Of a stretch of DNA of 64,000 nucleotides, positions 50,419 to 61,040 are shown piece by piece. A program made the translations under genes and the position numbers. Within the stretch, counting starts at the first letter, position 1; each line of letters opens with the position of its first letter. The stretch covers positions 96,001 through 160,000 of the forward strand of contig CAXXUA010000013.1 of the NCBI GenBank assembly GCA_963663765.2, read 5' to 3'. The notes beneath the pieces are model-generated. The model had not been told where the DNA came from, made no database searches, and saw only the letters and a program-made list of their open reading frames with translations. The stretch is from Candidatus Poribacteria bacterium (GTDB taxonomy: Bacteria > Poribacteria > WGA-4E > WGA-3G).

Positions 50419-51423
50419 TTATTTATTCCAAGCATCTGGTAAATTCTTTCGAATTTCTATATTACTAAATTCTGTAGCAGGACGAGGTCCAACAGATTTT
50501 GCCCATTTTGCCATGCGGTTAAGTCCTTCTGCAAGGGGAACATGAGACGCAGTTCCGAAAATCTGACGAAACTTTTCATGGGAACAATACGCGTGTTTCA
50601 CTTCGTCCCGTGCTTCAAAATGTTTTATAGGCACTTCCTGTTCCATTGCAGTCATGACAAGTTCCGCTAACTTATTGACAGAAACATGTGTATCCGACCC
50701 AACGTTGAAGACTTCACATGAGGTTTCTGGAATGTCAACGCATCGAGCAATATGGGGTGCAACATCAGCGATATGTGTAAATGCTCGAGTCTGTTCACCA
50801 TCTCCAAAAACAATCAACGGTTCATGCTGCATAATCTTGTTCATGAAGATGCCGATAACGTTTCGGTATTTATCACTGATATTTTGCAGTTCACCGTAGA
50901 CGTTGTGTGGACGAAAAATGGTGTAATCCAGGTCAAAAAGACGTTTTGAGACGATGAGTTCCTGTTCCACAGCATATTTTGCGATTCCGTAAGGATCTTC
51001 AGGTATCGGTATAAGTTTTTCGTGCATCGGTAGTTGGTTTTCACCGTAAACTGCGATGGAAGAGGTAAACACAAACCTTTTGACATTGTTGTTGACTGCA
51101 GCGTTTATTAAGTTGACACTACCGATTAGGTTATTTTGATAATTGAACCGCTTGATGAAATGGCTCAGACCTTCTGCAGCATACGCTGCGAGATGATAAA
51201 TATAGTCAAATTTGTACTGCTCAAAGAGTTTTTCTATAAGTTGAACATCAAGAATGCTGCCTTCAATGAAAGTTGCTTCGGGGTTGACATTTTCACGAAA
51301 CCCACCGCTTATATCATCAAGGACAACAACTGTATGGTCACCGACGCAGAGTAGTTCGTTGACGACGTGTGCTCCCATGAAGCCCGCGCCGCCGGTAACC
51401 AATGAACTATGTTTCATATTCAT
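50419..51423 (-). CDS. NAD-dependent nucleotide-sugar epimerase/dehydratase
   Basis: TGGAGFMG, HLAA, YGIAK, NVYG and GDGEQTRAF. Confidence 0.92.
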   Translation of the reverse strand: MNMKHSSLVTGGAGFMGAHVVNELLCVGDHTVVVLDDISGGFRENVNPEATFIEGSILDVQLIEKLFEQYKFDYIYHLAAYAAEGLSHFIKRFNYQNNLIGSVNLINAAVNNNVKRFVFTSSIAVYGENQLPMHEKLIPIPEDPYGIAKYAVEQELIVSKRLFDLDYTIFRPHNVYGELQNISDKYRNVIGIFMNKIMQHEPLIVFGDGEQTRAFTHIADVAPHIARCVDIPETSCEVFNVGSDTHVSVNKLAELVMTAMEQEVPIKHFEARDEVKHAYCSHEKFRQIFGTASHVPLAEGLNRMAKWAKSVGPRPATEFSNIEIRKNLPDAWNK

Positions 51424-51430
51424 TGCCTTT

Positions 51431-54052
51431 TTATTTAATTATTACAAGACGTTTAGTTTGGCTTGTTTTTGGCGTCACTAATTCGTAGATATAGACACCA
51501 CTTGCAACTGCCTCTCCAGATTCATTCCGTCCATCCCAATATGCGGCTTTGCTACGGTTAATATAATATCCTGAGGTCTGATGTCCTGAATAAACTGTCT
51601 TTACAACCTTACCTGAAGTGTTATAGATGCGTATAATGATATCAGCATCCCCTGCAAGTTGATACGGAATCCAAGTCTCAGGATTAAAAGGATTTGGATA
51701 ATTTGCAAGAAGTTTTGTTTTGATAGGACCATTATCCGGCATCAACAGTTGTCTTAAAAATCGTTTTACCAATTCTTTCTGTGTAGCGTCACCTTGAATT
51801 TCTTCAATTTTTAGATAAAATGAATAGAGGAGAGCGATGTCGTTTTCAGTCAAGGATGGGAAATGACTTAACATCGTGCTTGCATTTGAGACTCTCTGAT
51901 GTGTCTGAGAAGGTGCGGCGTTACTATTATGTTTTTCTTCAATAATCTTAATAATCCAAATCACATCAGCAAGGTCTACTTTTCCATCTTTGTTAGCATC
52001 AAGTCGTGCGTTTGAGGGAGGATCTTCTCCGAAATGCGCTACAACAACAAGCATATCGAGTATATCTATATTACCGTCCTGATTGACATCACCTGGGAGT
52101 CGCGTTTGAATACCACTTTCAACGATGTGCAACACTTGGTTAACTTCAATGTCAGACAATTTTTGCAATATCCCGCTGGGCCAATAGATTGCCAATTCGC
52201 CGACTTTCTCATTCTGTGCGAGTCCAAAATGGATGCGTTTCTGGTCTTGTTGGCACCAATGAAATCCGCCCCCGTTTTCCCGTAATTGGGTTTTGCCATC
52301 AGGAGTTGTAGCAAAAAGTCTTGCTCCGATACCATCCCAATTAGAAACATTGCCTTCTAAATCAATTTGCAACCAATTGTTTCCACTCCCTATATTTCGG
52401 AAAAGTTGATCGGGGCCTTCACTAAACGGGTATTCGCCTCTACCGTTTGTGACGAAAATATCAAGATAACCGTCCCTATCGTAATCTGCTACGGTCGCAC
52501 TTTGACCTCTACCCTGCATACTTCCAACGATACCACTTGAATTTGCACGTTCCATAAATGAACCATTGCCAAGGTTTTCATAGAGGTGATTCGGGTAGTT
52601 TTCACTTGTGTTTGATCGTACAACATAGATGTCAAGATCCATATCATTGTCAAAATCACCAGTGGCAACACAGCGACCATCTGCAAACGTACTAATGTTA
52701 CCTATTGCCGTTGAGACAGAAAACATGTTTCCATCGTTAATCAGAAGCCGTGATGGAGGTTGTTCCTTTAGGTCTGAATCGGAAAAGTTAATTCTCTCTA
52801 TTTCTATCATAGGTTCAGAGGATCTAATTATTGCAGATGCTGGACGTTTATGACTCAAAAATGTCCATTTTTGGGTGTCCGGTTCATATCCTACATAGAT
52901 ACCGAATTTTTCGTTTTCAGGACGTGCCTTGAGTCCAACTACTTTTGGCTCATTAGGAAATAGTGTAACTTTAAAGGAAGCAGCTCTTAGGGTTGGCTGG
53001 ACTCCCTGAAATTCACCATTCTGAAATTCTGTTACTTGATGTCCTTCAACGCCAATTTTTACTAATGAAACTTGGGGACCCCACTCTGAATAGATTTCAA
53101 AAGATACATCCCCTTCAGTTACAAAACTCACACCTTTTTCTGTCTCAATACTACGAAGATTCAATTCCAATGTTTGAGTTTCTACCTGTTTAACAAATGA
53201 TTGGTAAAGTCCACGAGCAATAAAGATGTCTGAAAGTAGATCACCATTGAAATCTGCAATGACAGCATCTTGAACAGAGTAACCGTTGGGAATCGTCAAA
53301 CTTTCAGTTATATTTCTAAATGGAGTAATAGATGTATCAAAGACAACAAGTGGGTAGCGATGATAGCTTACAACCAGATGCATGTTCCCGGTCATGTTTA
53401 TACTGGCTAACTGCGCCAAAGCTGTACTCTTATCAAGTGCAAAACCGGCTTGATCACTTTCATTTTCAAAACCACCTGCTGTTTGACCAAACAATGCAGT
53501 TGTAAGCAAGTCTCCACTGCTATCCGTTCTTGTCACCCCTGTAAGGAGAACATCAAGATGACCATCACTATTCCAATCAAACCAGAGAGGAGTTCTACCT
53601 CGTAGAAGCGGAAAGTCTAAACCGAGTTCAGCAGCACTTTCAATTAGCATACCGTTCTCATTGATATAGAAATGGTTGGCATGGTTGCTGTGTGTACCAG
53701 TACTGAAACCACCGTCACTACCGGACAAAATGATAAGATCCTGATCTCCATCATTGTCATAGTCTGCCCATGCCACACCGTGTGTGTCTGCATAAGGATT
53801 TGCGTCCCATACCACATCAATAATGTCTGTGAAAGTGCCATCACCGTTGTTATGATAGAGACTCGGTTTGTGTCTGTGGTTTGTTACCCATAGGTCAAGA
53901 TACCCATCGCCATCAAAATCACCCCATGAATTTCCCCAACTTTCACCAATATGTGTAATACCTGCTTGATGAGAGTCGTCTTCAAACTGTATTTCACTTG
54001 ATGCGGTGGACAGCAGAATGAAAATGAACATTAAAGTTATGAAAATTCGCAT
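51431..54052 (-). CDS. Secreted FG-GAP/CRTAC1 (ASPIC-UnbV) protein with dockerin and FlgD-like tail
   Basis: Multiple D(F/Y)DxDGxxD repeats; NWDGIGARL…IHFGL…WPSG; NYPNPFNPETWIPY. Confidence 0.85.
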   Translation of the reverse strand: MRIFITLMFIFILLSTASSEIQFEDDSHQAGITHIGESWGNSWGDFDGDGYLDLWVTNHRHKPSLYHNNGDGTFTDIIDVVWDANPYADTHGVAWADYDNDGDQDLIILSGSDGGFSTGTHSNHANHFYINENGMLIESAAELGLDFPLLRGRTPLWFDWNSDGHLDVLLTGVTRTDSSGDLLTTALFGQTAGGFENESDQAGFALDKSTALAQLASINMTGNMHLVVSYHRYPLVVFDTSITPFRNITESLTIPNGYSVQDAVIADFNGDLLSDIFIARGLYQSFVKQVETQTLELNLRSIETEKGVSFVTEGDVSFEIYSEWGPQVSLVKIGVEGHQVTEFQNGEFQGVQPTLRAASFKVTLFPNEPKVVGLKARPENEKFGIYVGYEPDTQKWTFLSHKRPASAIIRSSEPMIEIERINFSDSDLKEQPPSRLLINDGNMFSVSTAIGNISTFADGRCVATGDFDNDMDLDIYVVRSNTSENYPNHLYENLGNGSFMERANSSGIVGSMQGRGQSATVADYDRDGYLDIFVTNGRGEYPFSEGPDQLFRNIGSGNNWLQIDLEGNVSNWDGIGARLFATTPDGKTQLRENGGGFHWCQQDQKRIHFGLAQNEKVGELAIYWPSGILQKLSDIEVNQVLHIVESGIQTRLPGDVNQDGNIDILDMLVVVAHFGEDPPSNARLDANKDGKVDLADVIWIIKIIEEKHNSNAAPSQTHQRVSNASTMLSHFPSLTENDIALLYSFYLKIEEIQGDATQKELVKRFLRQLLMPDNGPIKTKLLANYPNPFNPETWIPYQLAGDADIIIRIYNTSGKVVKTVYSGHQTSGYYINRSKAAYWDGRNESGEAVASGVYIYELVTPKTSQTKRLVIIK

Positions 54053-54130
54053 TATTTCTTCTTTTTGCTTCTCAACAAGTCATACGCAAAAGCTACCTAA
54101 TATATTCTAAGTTTCCTAATACATCCTTTA

Positions 54131-55333
54131 TTACAAAAACTTCTGATAAACATCCATAATTCTTTGATAATGAATGTCTGCGTTAAACTCAGTTTCCATT
54201 TTTTTGCGTCCAACTTTTCCCATTTCGGCAGCTTCAACTTTGTTTTCATACATCCACAGCAATTTTTCTCGGAGCGTCTCCGTTCCTGCGGAAGGAACGA
54301 GAAATCCATCTACTCCATCAATAACGAGTTCAGGAATACCACCTATATCAGCTCCAATTACCGATTTACCATAGGCAAAGGATTCTAAAACAGACATAGG
54401 ACAATTTTCATACCATTCTGATGGTAAAACAGTGCAGATACTATTGAGAATCAGTTCTCGGAGTTCATCTCCCTGTTTAAAGCCTAAGAGACGTATATGT
54501 TCACAACCATTTTGCTCTACAAACTGCTGGACTTCTGGCATTGCTTCACCGTCACCAACGATATAGAGCGGCACCTGTTTCAATGGTGCAGCAGCTTCTA
54601 TCAGTGTCAAAATTCCCTTGCTCCGATGCACCCGTCCGAAATAAAGTATGTATTCTCCGTTTGAGAAATTCGGTGTAATCTCAGAAACATCTGCAAAGTT
54701 ATGTACAGTTGATATTTTTTCTTCAGGTATACCGTATTGTATCATCTTTTTCCGAAGAAAATGTGACACAGAAATAAAATGGTCAAACTTATCAACACAT
54801 CCGAGGAAACGGGAAACATAGGACTCCGCAACACTCAGGGTAGTTCGTGCAAAGGAACCTCTATTACACTTTTTCGGAAGAGCTCGCCAGAAGTGTTTAC
54901 CTTCACAGTCTTCACATATCTCATCATTTGACAGATGACTATACACAGGACAGGTTATCTTATATTCGTGTAATGTTTGAATTAGCGGTATACCCGCATT
55001 TTTCAAACTTCCCAAAATGGAAGCAGTTAATTTACCGTAGTAAATATGGAAGTGGGCAATATCTATATTAGTCTTGTTTAATAACTTATGAATTGATTTG
55101 ACCGCATCGCGTGAATACAAAAAACGTAGAAGGTCAATTGGACCTGGTTTGTCAAAATCCGCTGCACGCGGAAAATACTGATCCCATTCTGTCGGTTCAT
55201 TTCGTGGACTTGCTGCGGTGAATGGTATGACGTTATGTCCATGCTTTTGGAGTAACTCACCCATCGTAAAAAAGTATCTGTCTGACCCACCACGCACATA
55301 GTGATTTTGTGAGATATTTAGTATCGTTAGCAT
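54131..55333 (-). CDS. Family 4 glycosyltransferase
   Basis: Probable start MLTILN at 55333; GGSDRY, TLHEY, PSEWYENCPMSVLES and GGIPE. Confidence 0.9.
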   Translation of the reverse strand: MLTILNISQNHYVRGGSDRYFFTMGELLQKHGHNVIPFTAASPRNEPTEWDQYFPRAADFDKPGPIDLLRFLYSRDAVKSIHKLLNKTNIDIAHFHIYYGKLTASILGSLKNAGIPLIQTLHEYKITCPVYSHLSNDEICEDCEGKHFWRALPKKCNRGSFARTTLSVAESYVSRFLGCVDKFDHFISVSHFLRKKMIQYGIPEEKISTVHNFADVSEITPNFSNGEYILYFGRVHRSKGILTLIEAAAPLKQVPLYIVGDGEAMPEVQQFVEQNGCEHIRLLGFKQGDELRELILNSICTVLPSEWYENCPMSVLESFAYGKSVIGADIGGIPELVIDGVDGFLVPSAGTETLREKLLWMYENKVEAAEMGKVGRKKMETEFNADIHYQRIMDVYQKFL

Positions 55334-55337
55334 GTAT

Positions 55338-56240
55338 TCACCCCCGTGGTCCTGCTTCTTCAAAACGCGTTTCAGCAATTGGGGTATAAAACACCGTTCC
55401 AATCGGTTTTGTTATTATATCTGTATCAGCAGAATCTAAAACAACCTTTGCTATTTCGTTATCAACGTGTGTTCCCCACCAATTATTTGGTATAGATAGA
55501 TCGAATTTTACATTTAGATTTACCGCGAAATCGTTCTTTTCAAAGTTGTTATACCGAATAATAGATTGTACATTCTCACAAAAAATTCCAAACTCATTAC
55601 TGCTTATATTATTATATTGAATTTGTGGTCGATTTTGTCGTTCTATCGTACTGATACCAATCTCATTTTCAAGAATATCATTATATTGGATTATTGAGTC
55701 ACTTCCATCTAAAGCAATTGCCGTTTCATTATTACGAAGAGTGCAATCTAACACCGCGGGAGAAGTTGTCTTGATGTCAAGCGCGATTTCAGCGTATTCT
55801 ACTACTGCACCCCTCAGGTAACTTGTAGCATCACGCGTAATGTCAAAAAGGATACCCTTCCAATCTCCAGTCTCTGGATTAGCATTATTTGAGGTTAAAT
55901 ACACAGGTTCATCTAATGTTGTTTGTCTCAATGGCGTTCCAACCTTCAGTATTGCCTTGAGTCCAGAAACCTTGATTTGAGCATCACGTGCGAATTTGAC
56001 GATTGTTCCAGGTAATATTTCAAGAGTGACATCACCCGGAATCTCTAATGACCCATGCACAATGTATGTTATATCTGGTTCCCATGTTTCGTCCCCAGTA
56101 AGCTTATAATTCCGTAGAACTCTTTCCGAGTCATTGATAGAACCGTTAATAGCAGAAGTTGAATCTTGACAGCCGCTTACTGCTAAACCGATACCTAAAG
56201 TCGTTATGCAAAAGAATAGTGTTAAACGTTTAATATACAT
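55338..56240 (-). CDS. Lipoprotein with right-handed parallel beta-helix
   Basis: Lipobox VSGC; TLEILPGTIVKF, WKGILF, Asn/Ile repeats and NNWWG. Confidence 0.7.
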   Translation of the reverse strand: MYIKRLTLFFCITTLGIGLAVSGCQDSTSAINGSINDSERVLRNYKLTGDETWEPDITYIVHGSLEIPGDVTLEILPGTIVKFARDAQIKVSGLKAILKVGTPLRQTTLDEPVYLTSNNANPETGDWKGILFDITRDATSYLRGAVVEYAEIALDIKTTSPAVLDCTLRNNETAIALDGSDSIIQYNDILENEIGISTIERQNRPQIQYNNISSNEFGIFCENVQSIIRYNNFEKNDFAVNLNVKFDLSIPNNWWGTHVDNEIAKVVLDSADTDIITKPIGTVFYTPIAETRFEEAGPRG

Positions 56241-56335
56241 GTTCTGATTTTGTGGTAGAATTTATATGTTTTCTTCAATTAATGCAATTCTTATCAATTC
56301 AAAACGTGACAAATAGATAAGTTTTCAGATCGCAC

Positions 56336-58897
56336 TTACAACCTTGGATCCACAGTTTCACTTTCAAGTGCTAATATCCCGAAAACACATTCATGAACTT
56401 TGGATATGGGTTCATTGTTCACGAACCGTTCAAGTGCTTCTATGCCTAAAGCAAATTCTCTGATGGCAAGCGAACGTTTATGAGATAATCCTCTATTTCG
56501 CAGACGTTCTAAGTTGTGTTCTAAAGTATATTCCGGTCCGTATATGATACGAAGGTATTCCCTACCCCGACATTTGACTGCGGGTTGGGCAAGTCCACGC
56601 TTCCCTTTTACAATGAAATCTAACGGTTTGATGACAAAACCCTCACCACCTTTTGTGGTAAGTTCTTCCCACTGACGAATAGCAGCAGCTTCGCTATCTT
56701 GATCTGTTAGGTCTACTGTGCCGTAAGCAGTTGAAAATAGGACGTTATTTTCAGAACCTTCACATAGTTTGGCAAGCATCTCCATGTGCCACAAATGTTC
56801 TTTGTCAATAAATACTTTTCCTTCTGCAGCTAAAAGATGGAACGGCGCAAGTTTTAGGTCCGAAATAGACTCTACTTGCCAACAGTAACGTTGATAGGCG
56901 TTGACGTATTCTTTCGCAGCAATAGTTCGTTTCCGATATCCATCCAAAAGTCCATTCAACTGAACACCACGTTTCTCAGCAGTTTCTAATGAACCAACCA
57001 CGTGGTCTATGGCGACACGTGCGGATGTCCCTACCGGTGCGTACTGTTGTCGTAATAGTTCTTGTGCTTTGACGGACCAGGGCATGAGTTCACAATCAAG
57101 ACAGAACCAGTCAGTATTCAAGTCCTCCCAAAAACCTGATTTATCAGCTGCCTTTTTAACTTGTAACAACACTTCATTTTCTAATGCTTCATCGTCGAAA
57201 AAGGGTCTACCAGTGCGTGTGTAACATATTCCAATTCTATCTTCCGATGACCCAAAACGCCTCTTCGCGACTTCGGAGGATTTACATACAATGACGACAG
57301 CACGTGATCCCATGTGTTTCTCTTGCCAAATCACATTGGTGACACCTTGATTGCGATAATACTTAAAACCTTCAGCAGGATGTTCAAGCAAGTTCGGTAT
57401 CGTTGTCGTTTCGGTTGGAGACATTGTCGGCGGCAGATAGATAAGCCATTTTGGATCTATGGCAAAGCGACTCATCACCTCAAGTGCTGCGATAGTGTTC
57501 TCTTCGCGGATCGTTACATTGTGATTTAAACGAGTGCTAATTGTGCGCCTTCCTATTACATCACTAATGTGCAAGATACCTTCATCTTTTTGTATATCTG
57601 AAGATGTTTGTTTATCTTGCAGTGGTTTTGCAGGTTCATAATATGTCTTGCGCGCAGGAACAGAAACAAGTTCTCTTTCAGGATATCGCAACGCAGTCAA
57701 TTTCCCACCATAGACACATCCAGTATCAACATTGATTGTGCGATTTATCCATTGCGGTTCAATCACGGGTGTGTGTCCATAGACAACAGTAGCACCACCA
57801 CGATATTCCTCTGCCCAATTTAGCCGAATTGGCAAACCGAACTCATCCGTTTCTCCTGTGGTTTCGCCATAAAGCGCGAATTCACGCACACGTCCAGACG
57901 CTCTACCTTGTAATTCCTTTTTCATGCCAGCGTGTGCTACAACAAGTTTCTCATTGTCAAAAACATAATGGCTTATCATAGCTTCAATGAATTCTGCAAC
58001 CTGCACCTTAAATTCATCCGACTCGTGTTCCAATTGAGACATTGATTCTGCTAAACCGTGTGTTTGCGTAACATTCTTGCCTCTGAGTGCGCGAGTTAAT
58101 TTTACATCATGATTGCCAGGTACACAAATTCCCACACCAGCCTTATGCATCTCCATCACCAATTTGAGTACTTCTAAAACCTTCGGTCCTCTGTCAACAT
58201 AGTCACCTACAAAAACTACTTTCCTACCTTGTGGATGTTTAACAGCTAATCCACCGTCCGGTAGATCAGATAATTCATAACCGAGTAACGCAAGCAATTC
58301 AACAAGTTCATCATAGCAACCGTGTATATCCCCAATGATGTCAAACGGACCGATATCTTCTGTGCGATTCGTCCATAATGATTGCCGTTCCACTTGCGCT
58401 GCTTCTACCTCTTCTGGTGTAGACATGACATACAAGAAGTTTCGGAATCCTTCGCGCTTAAGAGATCTAAGCGATCTACGCAATTGACTGGTCTGATTTC
58501 GCACGACATGCGATTTGAAGTTTCGGTCAGGACGCACTTCGTTCCTCTCATGACAGAGTTTTGACGGTAAGTTCAACACAATTCCAACAGTCAAATAGTG
58601 ATATTCACGTGCCAGTGCATGTAATGTTTTTCGTGATTCAGCTTGAACGTTTGTCGCATCAATCACCGTTAACTTTCCTGCAGCGAGACGTTTAGCAGCG
58701 ATATAATGTAAGACATCAAACGCTTCTTTCGTTGCAGATTGGTCGTTTTCATCGTCCGATACAAGTCCACGACAGAAATCGGATGAGAGGATTTCTGTAG
58801 GTTTAAAATGCTGATGTGCAAAAGTAGACTTACCAGAACCAGAAGCTCCAATAAGGATAACAAGTGATGGATCAGGAATTCTAATAGTGATACTCAC
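56336..58897 (-). CDS. pnkp: Bacterial polynucleotide kinase-phosphatase-ligase (Pnkp)
   Basis: Kinase GASGSGKS…SSD; phosphoesterase GDIHG/GDYVDRG/GNHD; ligase EKHMGSR, EGFVIKP and VKCRG. True start is uncertain. Confidence 0.95.
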   Translation of the reverse strand: MSITIRIPDPSLVILIGASGSGKSTFAHQHFKPTEILSSDFCRGLVSDDENDQSATKEAFDVLHYIAAKRLAAGKLTVIDATNVQAESRKTLHALAREYHYLTVGIVLNLPSKLCHERNEVRPDRNFKSHVVRNQTSQLRRSLRSLKREGFRNFLYVMSTPEEVEAAQVERQSLWTNRTEDIGPFDIIGDIHGCYDELVELLALLGYELSDLPDGGLAVKHPQGRKVVFVGDYVDRGPKVLEVLKLVMEMHKAGVGICVPGNHDVKLTRALRGKNVTQTHGLAESMSQLEHESDEFKVQVAEFIEAMISHYVFDNEKLVVAHAGMKKELQGRASGRVREFALYGETTGETDEFGLPIRLNWAEEYRGGATVVYGHTPVIEPQWINRTINVDTGCVYGGKLTALRYPERELVSVPARKTYYEPAKPLQDKQTSSDIQKDEGILHISDVIGRRTISTRLNHNVTIREENTIAALEVMSRFAIDPKWLIYLPPTMSPTETTTIPNLLEHPAEGFKYYRNQGVTNVIWQEKHMGSRAVVIVCKSSEVAKRRFGSSEDRIGICYTRTGRPFFDDEALENEVLLQVKKAADKSGFWEDLNTDWFCLDCELMPWSVKAQELLRQQYAPVGTSARVAIDHVVGSLETAEKRGVQLNGLLDGYRKRTIAAKEYVNAYQRYCWQVESISDLKLAPFHLLAAEGKVFIDKEHLWHMEMLAKLCEGSENNVLFSTAYGTVDLTDQDSEAAAIRQWEELTTKGGEGFVIKPLDFIVKGKRGLAQPAVKCRGREYLRIIYGPEYTLEHNLERLRNRGLSHKRSLAIREFALGIEALERFVNNEPISKVHECVFGILALESETVDPRL

Positions 58898-59028
58898 GAC
58901 GACTAAAGTCGTGTGCTTCTTTGAAACACATAACTCTCCTCTGTGTGATTCCTGCTTCCGTCTCTCGTGCCTCTATCCTGAACTGCGTGAGGTCTTATTC
59001 GGACTCCACAAGCGTTTATGCTCTCTGT

Positions 59029-59375
59029 CTATCCGACAGCGAGGGTTCTTAGGTTGATTGCAGCATTTATGTCTCTATCTATTTGATAGTCGCATTGACT
59101 GCAATGATAAGTTCTCTCTGATAGCGTCAAATCATCTTACTTGTGTCTACAACGACTACAAGTTTTGCTTGAAGCATAGAATATCGGTGCTTGTAATACC
59201 ATTTTCATGTGATAATGTCTCATTAGCAGCGGAAATCTGGTAGGAGCGACCTCCCGGTCGCGACCGAGAGGTCGCTCCTACCGAAGAGAGTAACCCCCTG
59301 CCAGTAAACAGTAGAATTCCTTAATGAGACAAGATTTATTTGCATTGGTATAATCTTGTGTGTTTTGTAGGGCAT
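59029..59375 (-). pseudogene. tnpB: TnpB remnant
   Basis: Hand translation: MPYKTHKI, then FYASSKTCSRCRHK*DDLTLSERTYHCSQCDYQIDRDINAAINL (zinc ribbon + RuvC-III). Confidence 0.85.
59197..59350. mobile_element. 154-bp TACC…GGTA MITE with REP doublet
   Basis: TAA duplicated at 59194-59196 and 59351-59353; subterminal TGTCTCATT/AATGAGACA; internal GGTAGGAGCGACCTC…GAGGTCGCTCCTACC. Confidence 0.75.
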
Positions 59376-59570
59376 ACCTAACTCCTGTAGGGTGCTGACT
59401 TCCATTGTAGTGGTGTGGTAGACGCTACAACATCTACCACTAAGTCAGTCCTATAAGGGATACCATAGAAAACATATAAATGTCAACGTTTTTTGACCCA
59501 AGCATAAATGCTTGGGATTGTCAGTTAATTCCCTTCATTATCTTAAATTAAATCACATATTTAGTCTGTT

Positions 59571-60974
59571 CTAATCATGACTTTCTCGCTTAAACACAGC
59601 CATCTGAGTAGGAGAACCAACAACTTCATCCGTTTCCCCTACAGGATTTAAAGCAACATTATACCCAAACTTTTTGGAAACACCTGATGCCCAAGATTGA
59701 AATTCTTCACGCGTCCATTCAAAACGGTGGTCTCTGTGTCGAAACTTACCTTCAGGTAGATTCTCAAACTTTACGTTATATTCCACATTAGGTGTTGTCA
59801 ACACTACCATTTCAGGAGAAGCAAACTCAAATATAACACGTTCAAAAGCAGCAAGACGCGACACATCCAAATGTTCAATTACCTCTATTACGGCAGCAGC
59901 ATCATAGCCTTCCAAACGTTTGTCTCTATAGCAGAGGGACCCTTGCATTAACTTTAGTCGTTCTTTTTGTTTCTCTGGCATGCGATCATAACGTAGTCGC
60001 TGTTGGGCAATTACCAAAGTTTGATGCGATACATCCATCCCAACAATCTCCTCAAACTGTTTTTCTTTCATCAGTTTTCGCAGCAATTTCCCTTCTCCAC
60101 AGCCTAAATCCAAAACACGTTTTGAACCAGACTGCTTGATCACTTCTGTCGCTTGCGTTAGACGAAGTTCATTCAAACCAATGCGTTGTTCAATTTCCGC
60201 TTCTCCTTGATGCGTTTGTTCTTCCGCTTCTTCTATCGCTTCGTCGCGCAATTGTGTAAGTGCTTCCCGTGTAAGTCTCCGTTGATGTTTCAGATAGCGA
60301 TTGACAATAGTTTCTTGCTCAGGATGTTCGGGAAGCCACTCCTCACCGTGTTTCAATAGTTTCCTAATCTCCGCTTCGTCAACCCAGTAGTGTTTTTCAT
60401 CATCAAGTACAGGAATTAGCACATATAAGTGTGTAAGGAGTTCACACAAACGGCATGTGGACTCAAGCGTAACACTGAAGTAACGGCTATCACCCCAATC
60501 CGGATTTTGTGAATCTAATCCATATCGTTCTGTCTTGACAGTATAACCGAGGGGTTCAAATAATCGTCTAAGGTATTTTTCTCCACCTCGGCAAGGCAAT
60601 GTAGACAATTTAACAGTTAGGGGTATCGGTGTGTCTGCAAGTTCTTGTCGTTCTTTGCTTTTCCCGGATAAACTATTGCGAAAAACCTTTGCAATAGCAA
60701 CACTCATGAATGAGGAAGCAACATAAGGTCGGTCATTGACGTATTCGGCTAATGCAAAACTATCCCTAAATTGTCCACGATTCTTACGCACAAGTCCAAC
60801 GGAATCAATTTCAAGCAGCAAGGCTGCTGTGCATCTATCTGCATGCGCTTCTGGATAAAAAACGTGAGCTTGTCCGTAAGCAAGACTAAAGGTGTGAAGT
60901 CTATCAGGATGCTTGTGTAGCAGAAACCCAAGGTCTGTCGCAGGAGAATAGGTTGTTGTGATTGTTAGAAGCAT
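59571..60974 (-). CDS. hen1: 3'-terminal RNA ribose 2'-O-methyltransferase Hen1
   Basis: MLLTITTT…DLGFLLHKHP, YVNDRPY, LDLGCGEG, EVIEH, TTPN and HRDHRFEW. Confidence 0.95.
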   Translation of the reverse strand: MLLTITTTYSPATDLGFLLHKHPDRLHTFSLAYGQAHVFYPEAHADRCTAALLLEIDSVGLVRKNRGQFRDSFALAEYVNDRPYVASSFMSVAIAKVFRNSLSGKSKERQELADTPIPLTVKLSTLPCRGGEKYLRRLFEPLGYTVKTERYGLDSQNPDWGDSRYFSVTLESTCRLCELLTHLYVLIPVLDDEKHYWVDEAEIRKLLKHGEEWLPEHPEQETIVNRYLKHQRRLTREALTQLRDEAIEEAEEQTHQGEAEIEQRIGLNELRLTQATEVIKQSGSKRVLDLGCGEGKLLRKLMKEKQFEEIVGMDVSHQTLVIAQQRLRYDRMPEKQKERLKLMQGSLCYRDKRLEGYDAAAVIEVIEHLDVSRLAAFERVIFEFASPEMVVLTTPNVEYNVKFENLPEGKFRHRDHRFEWTREEFQSWASGVSKKFGYNVALNPVGETDEVVGSPTQMAVFKRESHD

Positions 60975-61040
60975 TTCTTAGATGATATAAATCAGATATT
61001 ATTAGGTTTCAATTATATCTTTTATTACACATATTGTCAA

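Larger units (their letters stand above)
58887..59523 (-). mobile_element. Internally deleted IS200/IS605 (TnpB) element with both ends and reRNA-like region
   Basis: Left-end hairpin CCCAAGCAT-TT-ATGCTTGGG (59497-59516). Right end AACGCTTGTGGAG…GAAGCAGGAA…GAAGCACACGACTTTAGTCGT…TCAC. Confidence 0.75.

Noticed and set aside
59376-59523. Structured leader as a group I intron (IStron)
   Set aside because: Only ~150 nt long, with no recognisable P7/catalytic core.
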